A stretch of DNA of 64,000 nucleotides from a virus, in IMG/VR virus record IMGVR_UViG_3300032665_000006, positions 32,001 through 96,000 of that record. One strand, 5' to 3'. Below the pieces are notes generated by a model that was not told where the DNA came from, searched no databases, and worked only from the letters and a program-made list of their open reading frames with translations. Numbering within the stretch: position 1 is the first letter of the stretch; each line of letters starts with the position of its first letter. The translations under genes were made by a program, and so were the position numbers. Positions 31,245 to 41,593 of the stretch are shown here, one piece after another.

Positions 31245-32006
31245 ATGTCAATAATTGGTTTAGACCCAGCTCATTCCCCTTTTAAATATTTAGATGAATA
31301 TATAGATGAACCTAATTGGGAAACACTTCATAACGAAGTATGCTTAGGTATTGCTAAAGCAGAATGGAATAAAAAATTTGTATCTAGCGGTGTACATAAG
31401 GACTGGGCAGATAAGGAAATCACTACTACTTTTCTTAAATTAAAGGAAAGGTTGACCCCTGAACAGTTAGCCATATTTGTAACATTAAATTCTACAGACG
31501 AAAAGATAAAATATCTTAACGCATTAACACATACTCCGCATCCGTTTTGGGTAATATTTTTGCGGTGGAACAAAAGAGTAGAACAAACAGGGGTATATAA
31601 CAAAGCAGTACCAGAAGATTGTTTTTGGACTCCGAATGCTAAACACTTTCCAACTTTAGTAAAATTTATTGAATCTATGCCTTTTGAGGGAATAGGTCGT
31701 GTTATTTTCTTCATGACCGAAGCTAATAATCAAACAGTACCTCACTTTGATGTAGCTAACGAAGCACAACGAGCAGAAAAGTCTAACGATGATTTTATAT
31801 GGTTTACTACTAAACCAAACTCTAAAAGTATGTTTGTTATGAACGGTGAAACATTAGATAAAGTTTATGCTGATCCTGCCAAGAATTTTGTATGGTTTAA
31901 CGAAATGGATTTTCATGGAACTGACCCAGTTGACCACTTTAGTTTTTCTATTAGAATTGACGGTAAGTTTAAACCAGAAGTAAAAGAAGCTCTTACAAAG
32001 GGTTGA
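31245..32006 (+). CDS. Cupin/2OG-Fe(II) oxygenase-like protein
   Basis: PHFD...FNEMDFHG...SIRIDG gives an HxD...H facial triad plus a distal Arg; AAGGA SD. Confidence 0.55.
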   Translation: MSIIGLDPAHSPFKYLDEYIDEPNWETLHNEVCLGIAKAEWNKKFVSSGVHKDWADKEITTTFLKLKERLTPEQLAIFVTLNSTDEKIKYLNALTHTPHPFWVIFLRWNKRVEQTGVYNKAVPEDCFWTPNAKHFPTLVKFIESMPFEGIGRVIFFMTEANNQTVPHFDVANEAQRAEKSNDDFIWFTTKPNSKSMFVMNGETLDKVYADPAKNFVWFNEMDFHGTDPVDHFSFSIRIDGKFKPEVKEALTKG

Positions 32007-32580
32007 GGTCTTTATTCCAAGGTGTATTAATAATACACTTATCTTTGTTATTCCACTTGTCAACGAATTGTTTGTAAGCTATCATAGCTTGTCTTTTTGA
32101 GATAAGAGGAAACTCATCCCATTCTCTTATTTCGAAGCCTTTATCTTTTAATTGTTTTAAAAAATCTACACGACTAGAATTAGACCAAGAAATATTATTG
32201 TTTATTGTTACATCTGGCGAATTGCCAAAATGTTTCTTAAGAATATCTTGATTACGCCATATCTCAATGTAGTCTATACTACGATCTATATCATTGCCAA
32301 CCTTAACACGCCATACTAAATCACCGTTAGCAGCAGAATCAAAGAAAATCTGATTATGAGCCTTCCAATCGCTAGTTAATTCTGCTGATTGTTTTCTTAT
32401 GTTTAATCCTGCTTTATCCAGCGATGGGTCAAAATAGTTATTGTAAAAAGTGTCGTTATCATTAAGATTTTTAATCCAAAGATATCTAACAGCCCATGTA
32501 CCTTTGTTGTCAGGGTCAATAAGAGCAGTCATAGCAACATTATCTTGTTCAGAAGAATGTTTATGTGGGATAACAATCAT
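31993..32580 (-). CDS. Hypothetical protein (195 aa)
   Basis: ATGA-coupled to the TauD-like gene; no recognised motif. Confidence 0.5.
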   Translation of the reverse strand: MIVIPHKHSSEQDNVAMTALIDPDNKGTWAVRYLWIKNLNDNDTFYNNYFDPSLDKAGLNIRKQSAELTSDWKAHNQIFFDSAANGDLVWRVKVGNDIDRSIDYIEIWRNQDILKKHFGNSPDVTINNNISWSNSSRVDFLKQLKDKGFEIREWDEFPLISKRQAMIAYKQFVDKWNNKDKCIINTPWNKDLNPL

Positions 32581-33461
32581 TGCGGGAAATATTTGTTTTT
32601 ATGATCAGCCCATTCTTGATTATCTAAATGGTCTATGTTGATTCTATAAAAATGTCTGGTATCGGTAGTAGGATCAAATGTTAACGCAGTTCTTGCGTGA
32701 ACAAATGAATGATTATCATATACAGAAATATCATTGGTGTCCCACTTGTGTTGATATGTAAGAGCAGGAATTCTACCAAGGTGTGAAAGCCATTGTCTAA
32801 TTAAAAAACAATGTCCTTGAGATACACCGTCTATTTTTACATCGGTTATCCACGCACCTTTTTGTAATCCCCAGTTATAATGATTTAATCTTAATGATTT
32901 AGCACCAGTAATAGGATGAATTTTTAATAATGGAAATTCTTTTGTATCAGTACCTGGGTTATACCAACTCTGTTGGCATACTGTTACTTTGGGCAATACT
33001 TCTAACATTTCAGGAGTAAGATATTTAAAACTTTCTTCTAAGTTTAACCATATTGTTTGTCCCGATGTTTCTGGGCCTGGATTACTAGTGATCCACAAAC
33101 TTCTAAAAGGATATGGTTTATGTTCTCTATTTGGAATGTCAGCGTGCCATGGCATAAAGTCGGCAGGAATTTTTTTAATAAGTTCATTACTAAACGGGCT
33201 TATAACTTGAGGACCGTTTTTAGTATTAACATCTTCGGCTATTTCGTGTGAATATTCATAATCGGATCTTTGCCACGGCGATCCAAAATAAAAACTAAAT
33301 TCTGAATATTGTTCTTTTGTAAAGTTAACTTTTTTAAAAAATATTAACTTTCTTTCATAAATTAGATTGCGCCAGTAATCGGGAGTTTGCGTAAAAAATT
33401 CTTCAGGAGAATCTAATTGTATAACTGAACCCCATGTATCCTTTATGTTTGTAATTTTCAT
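32577..33461 (-). CDS. TauD/TfdA-family 2OG-Fe(II) dioxygenase
   Basis: WHADI, G.T, HPITG, 'HKWDTNDISVYDNHSFVHAR' and terminal R..R, the classic TauD motifs. Confidence 0.85.
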   Translation of the reverse strand: MKITNIKDTWGSVIQLDSPEEFFTQTPDYWRNLIYERKLIFFKKVNFTKEQYSEFSFYFGSPWQRSDYEYSHEIAEDVNTKNGPQVISPFSNELIKKIPADFMPWHADIPNREHKPYPFRSLWITSNPGPETSGQTIWLNLEESFKYLTPEMLEVLPKVTVCQQSWYNPGTDTKEFPLLKIHPITGAKSLRLNHYNWGLQKGAWITDVKIDGVSQGHCFLIRQWLSHLGRIPALTYQHKWDTNDISVYDNHSFVHARTALTFDPTTDTRHFYRINIDHLDNQEWADHKNKYFPQ

Positions 33462-34066
33462 GATAATCTTGCGTCTATAATAAAGTTAATTCTATCCTGG
33501 TCACTACGATTTTCTAACCAATGCGGAACATGGTTGTTGACCCAGTATAACGAATCAACATCGAGAATACAGTTTTCATTTCTGATAGCAAAAATGTTAT
33601 CTTCTGCGGCTGTTACTGTAAAATGAAATCTATCATAATAACTAAAATATCTACCTTCATCTGTGTGTAAGTCTACAGTTGAATGAGCAGCTAATTTGCT
33701 TACAAAAATTCTGCCAAACTCTACTTGTTTAGCTCCTGTTTTTAATAATGTTTCTTCAAACCATTCTATTGATTTTTTAAAAATAGGTAAGTCAGCAGTT
33801 ACAGATTGAGTAACCATCATGTGTTGATTTGTTTGTAAAGTGTTTAACCCACGCGGCAAATCTTTTAAATGTCTTAAATGAATTGTTTCTGTATAGCGCA
33901 ATGCGTGAGTTACTGTTTGTCTATGTGTGCTAAGTTTCCATAAAAATGCAGTACTTGAATCATTGAAGTAATTTCTTAATTCGTTACCTAATTCTGTATT
34001 GGTATCTAATTTAAAACTATTTAAATCTTCGTCAAACAATTTATAAGGGCTGACTAAGCAATTCAC
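33458..34066 (-). CDS. Aspartyl/asparaginyl beta-hydroxylase-like 2OG oxygenase
   Basis: LHTD...RFH...VNNHVPHWLENRSDQDRINFIID. Confidence 0.75.
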   Translation of the reverse strand: MNCLVSPYKLFDEDLNSFKLDTNTELGNELRNYFNDSSTAFLWKLSTHRQTVTHALRYTETIHLRHLKDLPRGLNTLQTNQHMMVTQSVTADLPIFKKSIEWFEETLLKTGAKQVEFGRIFVSKLAAHSTVDLHTDEGRYFSYYDRFHFTVTAAEDNIFAIRNENCILDVDSLYWVNNHVPHWLENRSDQDRINFIIDARLS

Positions 34067-34662
34067 AGATAGCCTCCGATTGGCGTATCTTTTCGGTATT
34101 CTCGTTTTAAGTATGTACAGCGAATAACAGTATCAGTTGGTAGTAAAATACGACTGAATAAAATAGTCCAGAAATTTTGGTGTATACATTTAGTTTTTGC
34201 TGGCACTATACATTCGTCAAAATAATCATATCTTTCTCTAGCTTCTTTACTAAAAGCAAATCGTCTTAGTAACTTACCGTGTTTTTCTGACCACAATGTA
34301 TAAAATCTATATCTACCTTGTTTTTCATTATATGCCATAGCAGCATCTAATAACATTCTAACATGATTCCTATTATTCGATGAGCGTATCATAGTACCAT
34401 ACCATACCGGCTCATTAGGACTAAGATAAAAAGATATTAAAGCTACAATTTTACCGTCATCGTCTTGTAATCCTAATGCTTTATAACGAACAAGTCCTGC
34501 CAAATATGTCTCTACAAATGAACTGTGATATATTTTCTCGATAGGATTTGTGTCAGTGGGTACAAAATAACTAGCGTGTAAGTCTGTGCCCATAAAATTT
34601 TTAGTATAGAACAAATGTACAACTGCATCAATATGCGTATGGTCTAATTCTATAATTTTCAT
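34063..34662 (-). CDS. GNAT-fold protein (putative acyltransferase)
   Basis: 'ALGLQDDDGKIVALISF...LLDAAMAYNEKQG.YRFY' GNAT-like topology; the acetyl-CoA motif is degenerate. Confidence 0.4.
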   Translation of the reverse strand: MKIIELDHTHIDAVVHLFYTKNFMGTDLHASYFVPTDTNPIEKIYHSSFVETYLAGLVRYKALGLQDDDGKIVALISFYLSPNEPVWYGTMIRSSNNRNHVRMLLDAAMAYNEKQGRYRFYTLWSEKHGKLLRRFAFSKEARERYDYFDECIVPAKTKCIHQNFWTILFSRILLPTDTVIRCTYLKREYRKDTPIGGYL

Positions 34663-35576
34663 ATTTCGCCTCTTAATTGTTTTAATGCTAAGTCGTATGG
34701 CACACCATCTAAGCTAAACTCTAATCTTTTAACTTGGTCGAACCCAATATCTTCATATGCTTGGCCATTGAATGCTAATAAACTTTCAAAACCATGTTTC
34801 TTTTCTTTTTTTCTAAATTGTGAATACATTTTTTCTAGTATAGCATTTTTACTTGATGCTGCTGTTAGTTTATAGTTATATTTGTCTGTTACTAATTTTT
34901 TAATACCGTCTGATTCTAAGTAATATAATAGTAATTCGGGGGTATAGCTATACCATTCGTTAACTAATGGAAGATTATACTTTAAACTAAATCGCATAGC
35001 ACTAGCATCTTCATTTTCTCGAAACGCATAATACCAGTAACTACCTGCGGGTTCAACTTGTCTTGTTACTCCGGCTTCACCGCCCATAACAGCTGGTTGT
35101 CCTAAATTTAATATATTTTTATAAACCATAATATAGGTTAGCTGAGTGCTTTGAATTTGCTCGCCAAACTCAGTAGCTTCGCCTGAAAAGAAAAATTCAT
35201 GTACATTAAAATCTATAATATGAAGTTTAACATCTAATTCTCTAGCAATAGCTTCTGCTTCAGCAACTTCGCTAGCATTGTAGTTATTTTCAAATCTAAT
35301 TACAGCACATTGTGGTTTAAATCCGTTGTGTATAAAATTACGCAGTACAATTTCGCTATCGGTGCCGCCTGATAAAAATAGTATAAGATCTTTACCAAAA
35401 TCTTCTCGTACTAAATGAGCAGTTCTGTGTAATTCTTCTTCAAAAGAACTTGTGCGATACTGGTCTGGGTCAACCGCACCTAACGAAACTACAAATTTCT
35501 CAACAGGAGTTTCTCGGTAACCATACTCTCGTCCACCGATTGTGTATTTTAAATGATTCTGATATGTAAAATACAT
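34659..35576 (-). CDS. PP-loop (adenine nucleotide alpha-hydrolase / AsnB-C-like) ATPase, subfamily A
   Basis: LFLSGGTDSE PP-loop; shares WY.Y.PE and K..GFE with 36986-37912. Confidence 0.7.
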   Translation of the reverse strand: MYFTYQNHLKYTIGGREYGYRETPVEKFVVSLGAVDPDQYRTSSFEEELHRTAHLVREDFGKDLILFLSGGTDSEIVLRNFIHNGFKPQCAVIRFENNYNASEVAEAEAIARELDVKLHIIDFNVHEFFFSGEATEFGEQIQSTQLTYIMVYKNILNLGQPAVMGGEAGVTRQVEPAGSYWYYAFRENEDASAMRFSLKYNLPLVNEWYSYTPELLLYYLESDGIKKLVTDKYNYKLTAASSKNAILEKMYSQFRKKEKKHGFESLLAFNGQAYEDIGFDQVKRLEFSLDGVPYDLALKQLRGEI

Positions 35577-36394
35577 TAGCCCTTGCGATCAGCAAATATT
35601 TTTTGTCTACTTTCTTTAGTAGCAATCAAAGGTACAAAGAATAAACTTGAATCCCATTCTTTTTTGTTACCACTTACAGTAGTTCCAAAGTCATAGGCAC
35701 TTGCTTTTTCGTGATGATTGTTGTGCCAACCTTGACCCCAAGTAATCCAAGCAAGTAATGGAACATTTCTACTTTGATCTTTGGTTTCAAAATTTCTATA
35801 ACCAAATTCTGGAGTGTGGCAAAATACATTAATATTGCTTTCCATATACAAGCTCAGTGCCGCAGGAACAATAAAACCAAATAATAACAACTGCCAAGAA
35901 ATAAGACCAACAATTAAGTAAGTACCTAATACAATCCAGTTATAATGTTTAGCAATCCAAACGTGCATAGGATCTTTAAGTAAATCTATAGCAAACTTAG
36001 GATTGAAATATTGATCCCAGTCGTATAACCAACTATGCCAAGCATACCACCACCCTTTAGTAGGTGTGTGAGCGTCTTTATCTGTGTCGGAGTATCTGTG
36101 ATGGCTGCCCCGGTGTATGGCTGCCCACCCTAATGGACTACCTTGTAAACTTAAACAGGATAACCAAAGTATAATTGGCTTTAATCCCCATCGTAATTCG
36201 ATAGCACGATGACTTACATAACGATGTAGTCCAACGGCTACGCCTAATCCTTCAATTAAGATCCACCCAATTAATACTTCTAAGGCATTTAGCCATGTAA
36301 AGTTAAAAAATATTAAGTAAGCAAGTGTGCCAAACCAGGCAACAGCGTGAATTGGATATAATACATAATAAAGGAAGGAATTTGTTTTAGGCAT
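35576..36394 (-). CDS. Membrane fatty acid (delta-9-like) desaturase
   Basis: His boxes HRYVSH, HRGSHH and HNNHH; 'SDTDKDAH', 'WGQGWHNNHH'; transmembrane segments. Confidence 0.9.
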   Translation of the reverse strand: MPKTNSFLYYVLYPIHAVAWFGTLAYLIFFNFTWLNALEVLIGWILIEGLGVAVGLHRYVSHRAIELRWGLKPIILWLSCLSLQGSPLGWAAIHRGSHHRYSDTDKDAHTPTKGWWYAWHSWLYDWDQYFNPKFAIDLLKDPMHVWIAKHYNWIVLGTYLIVGLISWQLLLFGFIVPAALSLYMESNINVFCHTPEFGYRNFETKDQSRNVPLLAWITWGQGWHNNHHEKASAYDFGTTVSGNKKEWDSSLFFVPLIATKESRQKIFADRKG

Positions 36395-36399
36395 ATCTA

Positions 36400-36413
36400 T
36401 ATTTAAGTAAATA
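36400..36413. promoter_or_regulatory. Back-to-back divergent TAAATA motifs
   Basis: TATTTA-AG-TAAATA in a 26-bp gap between divergent starts 36394 and 36421. Confidence 0.6.
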
Positions 36414-36420
36414 TCACACC

Positions 36421-36996
36421 ATGATTAAAATAGTTGACCTTGCTACTTCTTTTGATAAAACTTTGTGGGATCAATTTCAAAAATATGTGTTGACAACAAC
36501 CGATGAATTGAAATATAATTATATCGGATTGGAACCACAAGATTTTGTTTCGTTTCCTGCGGTAGTGATTGATAATGCAATTATATGCTTTAGTGCCTTA
36601 CAAGTCAATAGTGATTGGTGGGGTAAAGGTATTGGCAGAGTTAGTACTAGAATGTGGATACATCCTGATTACAGACATACGGGAAAGTTTACTAGCGGAG
36701 CCAAATTTCTCAACACTACTTATTGCTTACCGTTACAGCTAGCAAAAGCAAAACTAATTGGATTAGACTGTGTATTTATTAGTAGAGAGTCTAATTTGCT
36801 TGGGTTTGAAGAATATTTAAAGTTAATTAAAGTTAACAGTAAAGTTGATTTTGTAATGGAGCCAAGCAAATATGCTATTAACGGGCCTTGCTTAGTAGAT
36901 GATCCTGAAAGTATGAAGCAATGGGTTATGTTACATTATTTGACTGATGCGGGTCAAGATTGTTGGAATAGGAATATGAAAAAATATGTTTTATAA
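36421..36996 (+). CDS. GNAT-fold acetyltransferase-like protein
   Basis: 'IICFSAL...RMWIHPDYRHTG...AKLIGLDCVFISR'. Confidence 0.55.
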   Translation: MIKIVDLATSFDKTLWDQFQKYVLTTTDELKYNYIGLEPQDFVSFPAVVIDNAIICFSALQVNSDWWGKGIGRVSTRMWIHPDYRHTGKFTSGAKFLNTTYCLPLQLAKAKLIGLDCVFISRESNLLGFEEYLKLIKVNSKVDFVMEPSKYAINGPCLVDDPESMKQWVMLHYLTDAGQDCWNRNMKKYVL

Positions 36997-37912
36997 AAAT
37001 AATTGGTTTGCTTGGACATACGACGATGGCCCTGAATATGGCCCTAAACTACATCCTACAGCAAAATTTGAATTAGTTCTTAGAAATACAATTGATCGTC
37101 CTGTAAAAAGTTATTACGAGGAATTGCTAGAGAACGGCCGAGTTATTAGGGATACCTTTTCGGGTCCTCTCGATTTATTATTTTCTGGCGGTGTTGATAG
37201 TGAAATTATATTGCGGGTTTACAAGGATCTTGGCATTCCAATTAATGTTTACATTTTTAAATACGAAAACGATTACAACTTGCCAGAGTACACACAAGCA
37301 ATTAAGTCTTGCGATAAGTTAAATGTTACACCTAAAATAATAGATTTTAATTTACAAAAGTTTTTTGAAAACGAAGCATATGACATACAACAAAAAGTAT
37401 TTGCTTCGGCTTCTGGGTGGATACCACATATGAAATTAACGGAATATTGTGATGGTTTGCCTATTATAGGAAGTGGAAATCCGTATATTCGAAGAAGAAG
37501 TAGAGATATGTCGCAAAAATATCCTTGGGTATTTGAGTTAGATGAAAAATGTCATCATTGGGCGGTATATCATAAAACTATAGATCGTCCTTGTATAACT
37601 GATTGGTACGAATATTCGCCCGAAGTAATTGTATCTTATTTTAAATTACCGGTTGTACAAAAACTGTTAAATGACGAAGTTCCAGGAAAGTTGTCTAATG
37701 AATCTACAAAGGTACAAGTACATCAAGAATATTGGCCTGATTTAGATTTAAGACAAAAGCTAATAGGATTCGAAGGTCCACAGCCCGATAAATCTAAGCC
37801 CGATGTACAGCCATTTATGTTAGACTTTGGCAAAAAATATATTCGTGGAATTGTTACAGATAAAACTTATATTTTTTCAGAAGAAGAGTTGCTTAATCGG
37901 ATCGGTTCTTAG
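36986..37912 (+). CDS. PP-loop ATPase, subfamily A
   Basis: LLFSGGVDSE; paralog of 34659-35576. Confidence 0.7.
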   Translation: MFYKNNWFAWTYDDGPEYGPKLHPTAKFELVLRNTIDRPVKSYYEELLENGRVIRDTFSGPLDLLFSGGVDSEIILRVYKDLGIPINVYIFKYENDYNLPEYTQAIKSCDKLNVTPKIIDFNLQKFFENEAYDIQQKVFASASGWIPHMKLTEYCDGLPIIGSGNPYIRRRSRDMSQKYPWVFELDEKCHHWAVYHKTIDRPCITDWYEYSPEVIVSYFKLPVVQKLLNDEVPGKLSNESTKVQVHQEYWPDLDLRQKLIGFEGPQPDKSKPDVQPFMLDFGKKYIRGIVTDKTYIFSEEELLNRIGS

Positions 37913-38735
37913 TGACCCATTGCCCAAAGTGAATACAGTGGTCCTCTAATCGATTCACTGTTTTCATTAACGGGAAATATTTTCCTTTTTGTAATTCGAT
38001 AGTTTCGACATCTTCAAGGAATACATCTTCTAAAGTTTCAAATTCTACTCGCTTAGAAGGCAATGTTTCTGGGTCATAATAGAATTGTGTCATCCAGCTA
38101 AATCCAAACTCATTATTTGCGTCATCTGGTATAGTATAGTTAACAGATAAACAACCAGGACTATATTCAACAAATACATACGGGTATATAAACAACCACC
38201 AGCCAGTTGAACAAGTTTGTAATATCCAGCCGTCGCCTTGCTCCATGCCTACTTCATCTAAATTAGTAACTTCGGCAAGAGCTGGGTGTACTACATCTTC
38301 GCCTTTACGAATATGTAACAAATCTGCTTGAATTTCCATCATCCATAGCCAGCTGCCAGAACTTTTTCCGTTGTTGGCGTGACTAAATTCTAAATTTGTT
38401 TCTTTAGCAAGGTCGTTAACCCAGTAATGATCTGGCTCAACAAAATCTTTAAACACTAATCCAGACTTTCCGATCTGAGCCTTACCGCATCCGATGTTAC
38501 GGTCGTTGTTAAGCGGCTTGCCATCTTTATCCCATTCAAACCCGTGAAACTTACATACAATATTCTCTACAAATTCACCCGGGTTCGCTAACGGATACAT
38601 TCTATGTGGACATAACCGATGGAACAAGTTTACATCTGTTTGATTATTATTTAAAATATATTCTGGAGTAACAAAATTTTGGGCAGATAGTACTGATTTA
38701 TGGGCTAGTATTTTTGGAGGTTTATTGAATATCAT
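37893..38735 (-). CDS. Rieske [2Fe-2S] oxygenase alpha-subunit-like protein
   Basis: CPHR...CKFHG Rieske ligands; DLLH...H and EDVE candidates for a mononuclear iron site. Confidence 0.8.
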   Translation of the reverse strand: MIFNKPPKILAHKSVLSAQNFVTPEYILNNNQTDVNLFHRLCPHRMYPLANPGEFVENIVCKFHGFEWDKDGKPLNNDRNIGCGKAQIGKSGLVFKDFVEPDHYWVNDLAKETNLEFSHANNGKSSGSWLWMMEIQADLLHIRKGEDVVHPALAEVTNLDEVGMEQGDGWILQTCSTGWWLFIYPYVFVEYSPGCLSVNYTIPDDANNEFGFSWMTQFYYDPETLPSKRVEFETLEDVFLEDVETIELQKGKYFPLMKTVNRLEDHCIHFGQWVTKNRSD

Positions 38736-38779
38736 AATGTATTTATTTTAGCACCTATTGTAGCTAATGTAAATAGAGT

Positions 38780-39019
38780 ATGGACACATTTAAAATTAAA
38801 TTTCAAGAACGAATCCCACGCAGTTTGGGCAAAGTTATTACTTGGCGCATTATCTTATCTATTCAATATTTCATTATTGGGTATGCTACTACAGGTAGTT
38901 TGGCAAAAGCCGCTGGCTTAGTTGGAATCACTACCGTTGTTAATAGTGCCATCTACTACTTACACGAAAGAGCTTGGAATAAGTCTAATTGGGGTAAAGT
39001 AGAAACTATTGACGATTAA
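38780..39019 (+). CDS. DUF2061-like small membrane protein
   Basis: 'RSLGKVITWR...YYLHERAWNKSNWG' signature. Confidence 0.75.
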   Translation: MDTFKIKFQERIPRSLGKVITWRIILSIQYFIIGYATTGSLAKAAGLVGITTVVNSAIYYLHERAWNKSNWGKVETIDD

Positions 39020-40163
39020 TAGTATTCATTGGCCCAATTTTGTAATGTTGTATAAAAAATTGTAAGCCATCCGGGGTACCATCGTCTTTGTATTTTAAAA
39101 ACTTGGTTGCGTTTTTTGTAACGTAATCAAGTCCCTCTTGCCAAATTTTGTGTGCGGCGTGGTCTTTATATCCTGAAGTAAACCAAGTATCAAATTCACT
39201 ATGCCAGTCACTAGTTGATTTATCAGTTTGAAACCATGATTGGTCCCAATTAGAATATATTACTGGTTTAATCATTGGTTCTTGTATTAGTCGCCAAGTG
39301 TCAGAACTTAAATTTTTACGATGCCAAATTTCTTGATACTGTGGATTAGCTTCTAAGAACCGTTTAATTACATGGCATTGTTTACATAAAATATCTACGG
39401 CATCTGGGCTCCAGTAGAAAAACTCCAACGCTGAATTTGTGTAATCTTTAAAACTATCGTCAATCGGTACTATATTAACGCCTTTATCAGTAAAGTACAT
39501 ATGAAGATTATTGTTTTCGATAACAGTTCTGGGTTTGTCGATACCAACCACCATAGCTACTTTGTGTGCTTTATCAAATTGTTTTCTAACATCTTTAAAG
39601 TATGAATAATTATATCTTGTTACATTAAGAGGATTTAATCCTTCTTTACGGTCTAACACCCAGCTAGCATCTCCATACGAAGTAAAAGCATCGAATAAAT
39701 TTTCGGTTAAATCTAATATAGTTATTTTAGTTCTTGGAATAAGATGTGCTACTTCTTTTAAACGAGGTATAGTTTGTAATTGATGTTCGGCTCCGGTATT
39801 CCAACTAGCTTTTTGTTTAGGATCTAATACAACAAATTTATCCCATGCTGTTGACATATGGTTAACAACAATTTCATCGATATGTAATCCTTGGCGAATA
39901 AAACTCATTAAAATGTTGTGACTATCTGATCCACCGCTATAACTTAGTATCAGGTAATCGTACTTTTCTCTTAGATTCCTGGTGCGTTCGTCATATAACT
40001 GGTCTAAAGTTTTTTCGGGTTCCTTAGTCCAGTCGTATGCGGCAAAAAATTCTCGATTAAAATTCCATTTAACTTCTTTGTTAACTGATGCCGCAAATAA
40101 GCAAGCACGAATTTTAGATTCAAACTTGATACCATCTACTTCATAAAAGCTGTTAATAATCAT
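39006..40163 (-). CDS. PP-loop ATPase, subfamily B
   Basis: 'YDYLILSYSGGSDSHN', GIDKP, FYWSP...KQCH. Confidence 0.7.
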   Translation of the reverse strand: MIINSFYEVDGIKFESKIRACLFAASVNKEVKWNFNREFFAAYDWTKEPEKTLDQLYDERTRNLREKYDYLILSYSGGSDSHNILMSFIRQGLHIDEIVVNHMSTAWDKFVVLDPKQKASWNTGAEHQLQTIPRLKEVAHLIPRTKITILDLTENLFDAFTSYGDASWVLDRKEGLNPLNVTRYNYSYFKDVRKQFDKAHKVAMVVGIDKPRTVIENNNLHMYFTDKGVNIVPIDDSFKDYTNSALEFFYWSPDAVDILCKQCHVIKRFLEANPQYQEIWHRKNLSSDTWRLIQEPMIKPVIYSNWDQSWFQTDKSTSDWHSEFDTWFTSGYKDHAAHKIWQEGLDYVTKNATKFLKYKDDGTPDGLQFFIQHYKIGPMNTINRQ

Positions 40164-41050
40164 AATTCTAATGTAGCAGTAAGTTCTTGTAGTATATCGG
40201 CTACAGATTTGATAGTAGTAATGTTATCAATAGACGTTCCAACAAATACATGACCATAGTTAGGATTTTTTATGCCTATCTTTAATCCAGCAGTATGATT
40301 AAAATCTTCGTTATCTAATTTTCTAAAGACTAGCGAATTTTGTCGTGCGCCTTGGTCGAATCTGGTGATATCAGCAGACGAAGATTCGATAAATTTAAGT
40401 TTAGTTTCGTTTGAAATTCGACTCTCTTCTGAAGCTGCTAATACTGTGCCGAGACCAACAGCTAGCGCACCGTTATCTATAAAATACTTAACTTGCTCGG
40501 CGGTACCGATGCCACCAGAAACAATGATATAAGCATTTGGACATTTATCTTTTATAATGCCAAATAGTTCAGTGAGGTCGTTGTACCCTCGACCAGCTCC
40601 GTTCACTCCTTTAAGTATGAATCCATCTACATCTGTCCGAATATCCTTAATACCTAAACATTTTACAAACACTTTAATATTGTTAGCTTTTAATTTTGAT
40701 AAAGCATCTGAAATCAATAAAGTATCAGCACCATCGGAATCTAATATAAGTTCAATAAATTCAATTTTATACTTTATTATAATATTCAATATCTTATCTA
40801 GAACTAATTCGTTTAAGCTAATACTAAACAACAATTTACTGTCGTTGAATTCTTGTTGATACACAATAAAATCTTCTTCCATTTTAGCTAAGTCAATTTC
40901 GATACCGTAGTTGAACACAGATAGGCTAGGAATGCCACCAGCATATCGAACAGCTTTTGCTAATTTAATATCGGATACTTGATTCATAGCCATGGCTACT
41001 ATTGGATATTTACAACCTAACACTTCTTTAAATTTGTTGTTAGAACTCAT
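40160..41050 (-). CDS. Nitronate monooxygenase / FabK-like FMN-dependent oxidoreductase
   Basis: 'KYPIVAMAM..VSD..LA.AV..AGG', 'SGGIG...GA.AV.LGT...SEES'. Start placed at 41050, 8 nt after a TAAATA motif. Confidence 0.8.
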   Translation of the reverse strand: MSSNNKFKEVLGCKYPIVAMAMNQVSDIKLAKAVRYAGGIPSLSVFNYGIEIDLAKMEEDFIVYQQEFNDSKLLFSISLNELVLDKILNIIIKYKIEFIELILDSDGADTLLISDALSKLKANNIKVFVKCLGIKDIRTDVDGFILKGVNGAGRGYNDLTELFGIIKDKCPNAYIIVSGGIGTAEQVKYFIDNGALAVGLGTVLAASEESRISNETKLKFIESSSADITRFDQGARQNSLVFRKLDNEDFNHTAGLKIGIKNPNYGHVFVGTSIDNITTIKSVADILQELTATLEL

Positions 41051-41116
41051 ATAAAAAATATTTAGCTTAAAAACTGGGCACAAAAAAATAAACAAGTAAA
41101 TAGTATACAGAGGTAT

Positions 41117-41593
41117 TTGATGATACAAAATCCAACAAAAGGTAGTTTAATAGGAACCGAACAGGATAAACTTGGAGCCACAGTATTGGTTAGTTTTATT
41201 GATGCTATAGGTGGATCGCCATTAGTTCCTTTGCTTATGAAAAACTTTGCAAAATTAATCGAAGACGGTCATGGTGCTAACTATGTAGCATTTGGTAACA
41301 AGAACAAAGCTGTTTATATAGAAGTTGATAATAAGATTGTGGGACATATCGTTTATTATCATATACCGGACGATTCGCTAAACACAGCCCGGATCATACT
41401 TAGTTGGGTTGACGAAAATTATCGACAACGCGGCCTTTATAAAATTTTACACAAATACTTTGAATTAGTTTTAAAAACTGCTGGGTCTAAGCGTATTGCT
41501 AGCTATGTGGCTATAGACAATATCGCTCGTTTATCGAGTTGCGAGTCAGTTGGTATGCAAAAACATTCTTATCGAATGGAAAAATTTTTATAA
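41117..41593 (+). CDS. GNAT acetyltransferase
   Basis: 'WVDENYRQRGLYKIL' motif A; 'N.....SCESVGM'. Confidence 0.75.
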   Translation: MMIQNPTKGSLIGTEQDKLGATVLVSFIDAIGGSPLVPLLMKNFAKLIEDGHGANYVAFGNKNKAVYIEVDNKIVGHIVYYHIPDDSLNTARIILSWVDENYRQRGLYKILHKYFELVLKTAGSKRIASYVAIDNIARLSSCESVGMQKHSYRMEKFL

